From positions 446,869-510,868 of the forward strand of contig CM074816.1 in assembly GCA_037447605.1 (NCBI GenBank): a stretch of DNA of 64,000 nucleotides, in the 5' to 3' direction. This document shows positions 47,036 to 64,000 of the stretch, piece after piece. Both the position numbers and the translations under genes were made by a program. Numbering within the stretch: the stretch's first letter is position 1; every line of letters starts with the position of its first letter. Source of the DNA: Zygnema circumcarinatum SAG 698-1b. Its lineage: Eukaryota; Plantae; Zygnematophyceae. The notes under the pieces are model-generated. The model ran no database searches and had not been told where the DNA came from. It saw nothing but the letters and a program-made list of their open reading frames with translations.

Positions 47036-48395
47036 TCAGCTGACCCACAAAGCGATGCCAAAGGCGGCGGCGGAGGCGAGTGCCCCTATGACAGTGGTGG
47101 TAGCCGCGCTCTTCCAGGGGTCCGTGCCTGTGAAGAGGCCCTTCACATAGCCGAAGACGAAGAGGGCGCTGAGGGTTGTGCCGATGGAGACATACAGCGC
47201 TGTCTGCACTCCAGGAATGAAGAAATAGGGCGATAGGGGCACCATGCCGCCAACTGCATAAGAGCTGCCTATGGTGATGCCACTGATAAAAGCACGCTTC
47301 GGGTCAGGAGCCTCCATCCCTCGTTGGAACCTGCACAGGTAATGGAAGTGCTTCGCTTTGAAATGACTGAATGGAAGCAGTGATTTTGGCAAAACCAAAC
47401 AGAACTCGGTGGAATGTGTGCAATTGAATCGTGAAAATGAGGGCCAAACGCAAAAGTTCACTCGTACTCAGCAAGTCTCAAGCCGTAATCTTTATACTCG
47501 GAAACACAAGCATTAAAAGAAGGAAAAAGGAGGGCAATATTATGGTGTAAAGTGTTACTCACTTCATCATAAAATCGAGCCATTGACGCGGCCGTTCCCT
47601 GAGTGCTTCCACGACTGGAACATACTCCTTCGACGACAAACCATAGTCCCGCATAGTTTGAGCCGCGCTTTCAGATTCTGCGGCAGTATGAATGTGGAGC
47701 TTTCAGTGCAAAACCTTCGATTAAATAGTTTAAAAAGTCTCATGCTGTTTTTTTAGCAGTTGTTTCTGGATCTTGGAACAGTATACTTCACGTCAAAGCA
47801 AGACATGATCTGATAAGAAACCAGCTCAGCAGCTTTCTTTCACGACATGCAAGACGATCAGAACTGAGTTGCAGAAACCTTGATCAGGAGCCGTCTGAAT
47901 TTCATTATATTCACGCCTCCTCTCGCTTTCATAACTTTCCCTTTCACTTCGACCTGCGAGATATCTGCCCACATGCACCACGTGCAGAAGTAAAGTTTAT
48001 GCTGCTCTTGTCCTTGTGAAAGGTAAAATAACAACAAACTCTTGCTGAGCTGCCCTCTACTGCCCAAAGGTCTATCAAAACATCATCCTGACTGCGCATT
48101 TCGCCTCGTTCCTCCACTTTCACAGAATAATAATGCGAGCAGCCTTCTGCATTGACAAGAGAAAAAAAAACCAGTATATCTTTTATACATATATACATAC
48201 ATACATGTAAACTGCTCACCCTCCAAGCCCCATAGAAATGGCTCCTGCTGCAACTTCAGCGAGCCCCGCCACGACCACGATCCTCGACGGCGCGTCCGCC
48301 CCCGAGAGCCCCGCCGCCAGCGCGAAGGGGACCGTGAGGCCGTCCGCCATCCCCAGCACCACGTCCCGCACCACCTCGCCCTTGCTGTCCCCCAT
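47036..48395 (-). CDS. VIT1: VIT1/CCC1-family vacuolar iron/manganese transporter. Exons 48220-48395, 47879-47964, 47563-47677, 47036-47330
   Basis: MGDSKGEVVRDVVLGMADGLTVPFALAAGLSGA...GLAEVAAGAISMGLGG|YLAGRSE...|...WLDFMMK|FQRGMEAPDPKRA...LFVFGYVKG..TG...IGALASAAAFG. Exon lengths give a continuous frame. Confidence 0.95.
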
Positions 48396-48740
48396 CGCCC
48401 TCCGCCTCCTCCTCCGCCTCTAACCCCCCTCCAATTCCCCTCCCCTCCTTCCTCCGCGCGATATAGTCTCTCTCCTGCTGCAGCCTCCCCTCTCCTCCCC
48501 TCCCCCTCCCCCTCCCCCTCCCCCCCCCTCCCTCCCTCCNNNNNNNNNNTCCCTTCCTCCCTCCCTCCCCTCCTCCTCCTCCTCCTCCTCCTCCTCCTCC
48601 TCCTTCTCCTGCACCTGCACCTTCAGGCTGGCTCCAAAGGAAAAAGAAAGGAAAGGGAAACAAGGGGGCGAGGACACTCTGCCTGAGGGCCGCCCTCTCC
48701 ACTGCGGAACATACTCGAGCATCAACCAATAGCGACCCGA

Positions 48741-49034
48741 CACGTGAACCAAAAAGATGACGTGGCGAGTTGCGATTGGAGCATGTTCGACTTTTTCGAG
48801 GCGGGCCCATTGGGGAAAGGCCGAGCAGAGGGACAGCTGGCAGTAGAAGGTGACGTGGTTTCAGGAGGGACGGGCACGTGGCCTGCAAATGATGTCCTGG
48901 TTCGCTCCCATTGGTGGAAAAAAGCGACTTATTTTATATGCCGACCGTCTCTGCCACGTGTACGCCACGTGGAGGAACGAGCGCTGTCGGCGCTTTGGAA
49001 GCCGAACCGGTTCCAACGGTAGCGTTCACACGTG
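48741..49034. promoter_or_regulatory. Cluster of G-box/ACGT elements upstream of VIT1
   Basis: CACGTG at about 48741, 48875, 48955, 48966 and 49029; TGACGTGG at about 48758 and 48851. Confidence 0.45.
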
Positions 49035-49148
49035 CGTCAACGAACCGGCGTTGTTCGTCGGATCTTCCCTTTCGCTTTGACGACTCGGATTGCAGCTCAC
49101 AGCCGCATGTGCGGTTGGGGGCGCCGTACGGTGGTACGGGGTTCAGGG

Positions 49149-49802
49149 CAGGCCTCTTCAAATACGGGAAAATCCTAAAATACCGTAAATAGATTGATTA
49201 TTCATGGGACAGTTTGAGGTTGATTTAAGGGGGTTGACCGTAAATACCTTAAAAGGCTCAAAAACGTTAACCTTTTTTTGGTTTAAAAAAAAAAGTGAAG
49301 TGTGTTCCTTTTTGTACCCACGATGGCTATGTTTTCATAGGTACATGACTCTAGTTGTTGGCTTAACAGCACAGCTTTAAAATCAGATGCAAACTCTTTA
49401 AAACTCTTAAAGATTTGATTTTTCCAATCAATCAAAGCACTTTTTTCATTTGGCAATCATAGCATATAACTACTCAAAAAAACCCTAAAACCCTAAAAAC
49501 CCTAAAGACCCAGTTGCATCCAAGCCTTGCAGACCCATCCAAAAGCTCTCCATCTCCATTTCCCTCCCACCTGAATTACTTCAAAGATCACCGTTTTAGA
49601 ATTCATCATAGCTTGGAATCCTCCTCGCAAAACTAAATTCCAAATCATAACCTCCAAAGTTCTGGGTTTTAACCACAAAGAAGAAACTGAAATTAGAACC
49701 AAAATTGGAAATGATGCCATGCCATGCCATATTTACGGGGTTTTTTAAAACCAATTTAGGGGACAACCCCTTAAGCCGAATTCCCGTATTTGAAGTGGCC
49801 TG
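49149..49802. mobile_element. hAT-derived non-autonomous element (MITE), 654 bp
   Basis: 22-bp TIR with one mismatch: CAGGCCTCTTCAAATACGGGAA (49149-49170) / TTCCCGTATTTGAAGTGGCCTG (49781-49802). Decayed 8-bp TSD GTTCAGGG / GTTTAGGA (6 of 8 match). Subterminal CCGTAAATA/TATTTACGG motifs; no ORF. Confidence 0.75.
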
Positions 49803-50746
49803 GTTTAGGATTTTTGGATATACGGTCCGTACGGTTCGGTATCCGATCCGTACCCCGGTACCCCTTTCCCCCGGTTCGGTACCCCTTCCCGAAGCATAGT
49901 CCCGAAATTCGCGACTCTGTCTGTTTGGAGGGCTGTGCTGTGCGCGGGTCGGTGAGAGAATGCGGGTCGTGGTCTGCTCAAACCATGTCTTGCCTCACTA
50001 AGACAGTCATGTTGCGATGGAACTTGGGTGCATGGCGCGACCAGTACCATGTGTGGAGCATGGCCACCACCACACGCTCGCTCGACCGCGATTTTGCGAA
50101 ATAGAGGCCGAAAACAAAACTGGTTCCAGCAGAGTGGCCTCAGTGCTGAGATGGCGAGTGACACATGGCATATAAGGATGTGGCATTGGTCTCATAGAAG
50201 CACCCCCAATGGAGAGTGGCTGAGTGATACACATTCTACAACAGATTTTGCAAGCAGTGGCAAAGGCATCGCCTACTGTAGCCTCTGGCTGCTCGAACGA
50301 TAGATTAGGATAAAAACTAGGCCAGACTATACTATAAGTGAAAAATTAGTACTGAGGATGCTCAGCTCCTTTTGGGGGTTTAGGGATGCAAATCCCTGTC
50401 GAAAATGAATTCCCAAATTTCCAAGTAATTCCCAGTTCAAGTTTTAGACAAGTCATCGATTTGAACAACCGGTCAGTGCACTTCAGTGCACACGTGAACA
50501 GTGCTAATTGGTCTCAACCGTGCATTGCTCATTTCCATCCCTTGGACGAGAACAATACATAAACGCAACAGCTGCTGGAAATAGATGGGCACTTCACTTG
50601 CAACGGAATAACAAAACGGGGACAACTCTTTTTCCTGATATCTCACAACCCTTTTTGCTTCAAAAAATTCCCAAACGAATCTCGCCAAAATGTGCAGACG
50701 CACGGCTTTGATTGACTGACTGACCAACCTAATGCTAACAACTGCC

Positions 50747-59093
<8,347 letters not shown>

Positions 59094-59715
59094 CTTCAAA
59101 GTCCCTTAGGGCTAGCGCCCTGCATAACTCGAGCGACAGAACGCCCTGTGCTCCTTATCCGCCCTTCCAAAAAACCCTAAAACCCAGCTACAAGCTCCCC
59201 TCTCCTCCCTCTCTGTGTAGCCTCTAGAAAGGTCCTTGATCAGCGTTGCGCAGAGGCCCGTGGCGGCCGGCGAATGGCGCAGCAGGCATGCAGGCCGGCA
59301 GGCAGGCAGCAGCAGCAGCAGGGACAGCTGTGGCGCCCGGCGAGGGAGGGAGGGAGGGAGAGAGGGAGGGCGGAGGGAGAGGCAGCAGCGCGGCCGTACG
59401 GCGCCCCATGGCCATGCTCGGCAATGGCCATGGCCATGCCTACAGTACAGTATGGGGGTGCCGTACGGACATGGCTATGGCCATGGCAGCCCGGGGGGGG
59501 CATGGTGAGGGGGATGCCGGCCTGCCGGCGCGACCAACCGGCTGGCAGGGTTTCAGGCTGCCGGCCGGCAGCAGCGGCCGGCGGGGATGGCGGGTAGGTA
59601 CACCATTGGGGACGACTGGGGGACATCCCTGCGGACGGCGACCGTTCACCGGAGTAGCTGCCAGTTTTGAAACGGTAAAAACCGCGGTTACCAAGGGACG
59701 GTTTGCGGCCGGTTT

Positions 59716-59796
59716 TTAGGGCTGCAGGGTTTTAGGGTTTGTAGGACTTTAGGTTTTCAGGGTTTGTATGGGCTTTAGGGATTGAGGGTTTTAGGG
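59716..59796. repeat. Degenerate telomere-like TTT(T)AGGG tract
   Basis: TTTTTAGGG...GGGTTTTAGGGTTTGTAGG...TTTAGGG...GGGTTTTAGGGTT; similar AAAACCCTA x3 at about 49480-49505. Confidence 0.55.
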
Positions 59797-59991
59797 TTCG
59801 GTTTTTAGAACTGGAAGGGCGTACGGCGGTTCGGGACGGTCAACGCGCACCGCGGTGGCCCGAATGGGGCCATCGAAGCGATGGGCCGACGGCCAATGGG
59901 GAAGGGCCACGTGACACACCGCACGTGTGTTGTCTATGACATTCCGCTTGTCTCGCGCTGCCACGTGGCACTCCAAACGGGAAGTACGATA

Positions 59992-60226
59992 CAGTAAAAC
60001 CGAACAGGTTAAGAAAAAAAACTTCAAATCAGTTTCTCAAAAAAAACCTTATATTTGTGAGCAGGTTGAGAAATTGAGAAACGAGTTTACTTAATTTCTC
60101 TGGTTTTGAAAGTTTTTTTTTGAGAAACTGGTTTTGAAAGTTTTTTTTTTTGAGAAACTGGTTTTGAAAGGTTTTTTTTTTGAGAAGCCAAAATCTTTAA
60201 TTTCCTCAACCTGTTCGGTTTTACGG
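59992..60226. mobile_element. MITE-like element with a 17-bp perfect TIR and internal 28-bp tandem repeats
   Basis: GTAAAACCGAACAGGTT (59994-60010) / AACCTGTTCGGTTTTAC (60208-60224). Three copies of CTGGTTTTGAAAGTTTTTTTTTGAGAAA at about 60100-60185. No TSD found. Confidence 0.6.
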
Positions 60227-60291
60227 TGGAGCGAACCGTACGCACGTCGCGGTTCGGCCTCTCAAGCGCAGTGACGTGACAACGGGGCTAC

Positions 60292-60428
60292 ATGACTCCA
60301 TGGCATCATGATGGCTCCATGACGACTCCATCATGGCTCCATCATGATGACTCCATGGCTTTATCATGGCTCCATCATGGCTCTATCATGGCATCATGAT
60401 GGCTCCATGGCTCCATCATGGCTCCACG
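60292..60428. repeat. CCATCATGGCT-type degenerate minisatellite
   Basis: About 12 imperfect 9-11-bp units built on CATG/CCATCATGG. Confidence 0.85.
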
Positions 60429-60884
60429 GCTTCTTCAAACAACATCTGTTCTCATGCCCTGCATTTCAGCTAATGTGGAAGTCTGGCTGGCTGGTCTCAA
60501 CGCCGCACACAACAAACCGCATCACACACCGGTACGAGATCCAATGGGCTATGCACGGCCACTTGGCAGCAGCCATGGCGTGCACGTGGCAGGCATGCAT
60601 GCATGCACGGCGGGGGCACATGGTTGGGTGTGAATGCGGAGGCCACGGAGGATGTCAGGTGGGCAAGGGAGACGCATGGATGGCAGGCATGCATGCAGCC
60701 GCATGGTCAGCAGGGCGCAAACTCACAAGAGGTGTGAGATTAGCTGCAACAGTGTCAACCTACACAACGAAATGCTTCCAGGAAAGCAACTTAAGTTCTT
60801 GGAAGATGGTGGATCTCATCTTTTTTATTAGAAGAGCTTTACAACAACAAATGGAAAGAAAAGAGGAGCCTTGTCCAGTGAACT

Positions 60885-63800
60885 TTATCGTTGTTCACTT
60901 TTCTCGGCCAAGTAGTGTTCAAGGATGTCTTCTTCATCAATGTCTGCAGCACAGACACAGTAACCAATCATAGTAGTTAGCAAAAGCCAAAGCGGGGCGG
61001 GGCTTTATAATGTTGATTATAAAGCAAGGGATCGAGCAAAGTACTTCACAAAAGCAAGAAAACTCGCACCACCGAAGTTAGACATGCAGAAAGCAGCAAG
61101 CCCCTTCCTTCTACTCCTCCCTCCAAACTCCGACTGCCGATGTGCATACAGAACGCACACCACTTACCTCTCTTCCTCCCCTCTCCACATTCCCCCCTCC
61201 ACTAAAACCCTCCCCCTTTCCCTGCCCCCTTCTCACTTTCTCCTCCCTTGCGACATAGAAACACGCAGCGCATGGCGGACCTCACCTTCTTCATCAAAAT
61301 CTTCATCAAATTCATCGTCCTCCTCTTCCTCTTCCTCGTCCTCAACCGTATCCACTTTTGTGCCACCTCTCTGCATGCAGAAATCCCCACACGTCACGTA
61401 CGTAATCTATATAACAAAAACGAAAAGTACGCACTTTCCAGCGGAGACCTTCACCATGTTTGTCAGATGTGTGCAGCATAGGAGGGAGGGGACCTTCAGA
61501 GAGAGTCTGCACCTGCATGTGTCGGCCACTCTCAAACCATTGCCGGCCCGTCATCCTCTTCTCCCTGCTCGCGCCGAGAGCGGAGTCGGGCAATAGTCTG
61601 CTCTCCCACCACCAGCAGCAGCAAACTCTCTGCTCAAAAGATGTATGCTCAGCATGGAAGAGTTTCGCTTCAGAAAGAAAAGGGGGAGAGAATGCTGCAG
61701 AGAAAGGATTTCAGGGGATTCTTGTAAGGGAGATGTGCAAGTTTTAGGCTGCTTAGGTGGTGGATATTTTTCTTGGGAGTTATCTTACTTGGCCTGTTCC
61801 AGTGCTTGCTCTGCTTCAAAGAGATCGCGCCAATCAAGGAAAGTTTCCATTGTCACTGGCAGCCCATGTGCCTCTATGACCTGCCCATCCGTGAATAAAG
61901 AGTATCTGTAACTTAGCGACAAGTGACGAAAGATCAAGTCCCCTTAATGAATTCACCTTCACTCTGCTGCTTTCTCCATCTTCTCCAGCTTAAAAAAACT
62001 ACTTGCACTGATGGTTTTGCCTCCACAGTTATGCGTATGACTACTCTTTTCCTGGTCAGTCTGCCCCCACTGAAACTGACCGGCTTACTCAGAGTTCCTT
62101 CCCTTTCCCTTTCCATCAGCCTACAGCTGAAGAAACCTGCACTCCACTTCAAAACAACTCACTTGCCTACAACCACACAATTTCAACCCCAGAACTGTGC
62201 ATTCGTTACCTCTTCCTTCTCCTCCTCATCATCAGCATAGTCCGCGTCTTCTGCAGAACCGTACTTCTCTCGCAACCAGTCTTTAGCTGTTGTTGCGAGT
62301 GTGTATATCATCGCCATGCCAACATTCTCTGCAGCCTGCCTCCGTGGCAGAAAAAAAACAGACATCAACCAGAAGGGGAGAATAGGAATTGCTGCTTCCT
62401 CGCCAACGTTAAAATCTGTCTATCTCTAAGCTCCACTACAATTCTCCACTTTGTCTGACACGCAGCAAGTCTCCAGTGAAAGCATTCCTCTCACCTCCTC
62501 CTCCAACTGCTTCTGAAGATCGGCAACATCGGCTTGCTTTACCCCCTGCAAGCTGTAGCAACAACAGAAGTATCGCAGGAGCTATTTAGGTGGTCTGCAC
62601 GGTATGGTTGCTAAGTGGCAAGAAAATGATTCTCTTAAACACATCACATGCGCAGAGTTTACTAGAACTCCTTTAGGGTAAGTGAGGGTGCATAAAAGCA
62701 GAAATAATATGAGGGTGGACGAGCATGCCATGAAATAAACAGATTGGGTTTTGGAATAAAAGTGCGAATTTGGGGGAGAAAATAGAAGACTGTGGCTCTA
62801 ATCTTGCCCTTACCTCCGGACAGTTAACAATGGCGGTTCATCTGGATACTTTGGAGTGTGTGCGAATATTAATGCCAGCCTCACTGCCAGCAACCACAGT
62901 CCCTCGAAAAGCCTCAGCCACAACGCAACTACGCCTCATATTCATTCGCATTGTAACATAAAGCATAGACTATGATCAACAGCAGAACTAACTTTAACCG
63001 CCCAAACAGAAGGGACCCCTTTGAGCCAAAGAGCTAGCAGCTTCTGAATAATCCAAAACACACAGCTTACCAGGTATTTCTGTCGGCTCATCCTCATCAT
63101 CTCCCTGAATGTCCCAACACCTCAATAGTCTTCAGTCCATTGCATAAAAGTAGACAAGAAGGAAAGCCTAACGTAATGAACCAACAAGCAACATATTTTG
63201 AAATAACCCAGCTCGGGTCAAGCCCTATAGACTACTAAGGGCGGCAGAGCGCATCACCATGGGTAAGATTGTTATTTGAAAACATCGATTGCTGGTTGTC
63301 CAACTTGTATCGGAGCTGTCGATCTCTGCACGCAGCTGCTGTGACCATATTGTCAGCCTAAAGAACGGAACAGCTTGAAACGGTTGCGGATTGCAATCTC
63401 GTGACCCAGAATAAAATCATAATTCGAGTATAGAATACAAGCAGTAACATGAAACGATTAATTCTTATTCATCTACTGTCGGACAATGCTTGAACAGGGT
63501 AAACGAAGACGACCTCTTTATACCAGCAACATCGTCAATTAATCTATGGGTTCAAGTATCGCCCGAATTCCCAATGTACTTCCTAATGTTATTTAAACGT
63601 GGAAATGCCATATCGGGGCTGCCTATTAAAATAGAGACTCCGTTGAACATCAACTCTTTGCAAAAATTTACATGCATCCAAATTGTACTGTCTTGTCTTG
63701 TTTCAGGTAAAATGAGGCAAACTTAGGTCCGCATCAACTGAAACCCCCTTCGTTTGCAAACACCGTCACAACTTCGTCAAGACTTTGCAGGGTTTTCGGA

Positions 63801-63989
63801 AATAAAACTTTTTCAGAGAACAGACCGTCTTGCTGTCTTTCAAATGTGCAAAGCCTCTTTCAAATGTACGGAGCGCAACATGAGAGTGCGAGAGAGCCAT
63901 GGCGCAAGAGAGAGAGAGCAGCACCTTCAATGTCGTCCATCAGAATGGCTTGGAGAGCCTCAATTTCCATCTCCTGCTCCTGCTCATAG
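60885..63989 (-). CDS. RWD domain-containing protein (RWDD1/Gir2/DFRP2-like), 5'-partial (start in the N-gap at 63990-63999)
   Basis: YEQEQEMEIEALQAILMDDIE|EIDSS...RCFQITILP, YPDEPP-type core (~62.85 kb), AAENVGMAMIYTLATTAKDWL, PVTMETFLDWR, KRMTGRQWFESGR, acidic tail, EEDILEHYLAEKSEQR* (TAA 60885-60887). Confidence 0.92.
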
Positions 63990-64000
63990 NNNNNNNNNNC

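Noticed and set aside
59236-59719. Several overlapping 85-157-aa ORFs
   Set aside because: GC-rich low-complexity promoter or repeat DNA lacking stops by composition.
60100-60185. Three 28-bp direct repeats as a possible CRISPR array
   Set aside because: No spacers between the repeats, eukaryotic context, and enclosed by MITE-like TIRs.
60344-60973. 209-aa + strand ORF
   Set aside because: Begins in the CATG minisatellite and runs antisense through the RWD 3' UTR and last exon.

Overview
Eukaryotic, intron-rich, gene-dense green-plant nuclear DNA. It is probably a streptophyte alga or an early-diverging plant, inferred from land-plant-like proteins, short GT-AG introns and (GA)n-filled introns; the species cannot be determined. 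Twelve protein-coding genes were reconstructed by eye from spliced exons: RPS15 (-, 3' exon outside window); an ATX3/4/5-type PWWP-PHD-SET H3K4 methyltransferase (-); PSAT1 phospholipid:sterol acyltransferase (+); three intronless tandem MBOAT wax-synthase/ASAT1-like acyltransferases (+); a group-A-like MAP kinase kinase (-); glycine cleavage T-protein (-); chloroplast EF-G (+); a VIT1/CCC1 vacuolar iron transporter (-); an AT3G58050/NST1-like uncharacterised protein (-); and an RWD-domain protein (-, start in an N-gap at the window end). Intergenic DNA holds MITE-like inverted-repeat elements (one with hAT hallmarks), microsatellites, minisatellites and GTAC-dense islands. The most interesting signal is a 13-kb co-oriented block of four lipid acyltransferases (PSAT1 plus 3 MBOAT), a candidate sterol/wax-ester gene cluster whose MBOAT copies are mosaics of one another. 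No tRNA, rRNA, CRISPR or autonomous transposon ORF was recognised. All family assignments come from recalled motifs, not database searches, and exon coordinates were counted by hand (could be off by a few nt).
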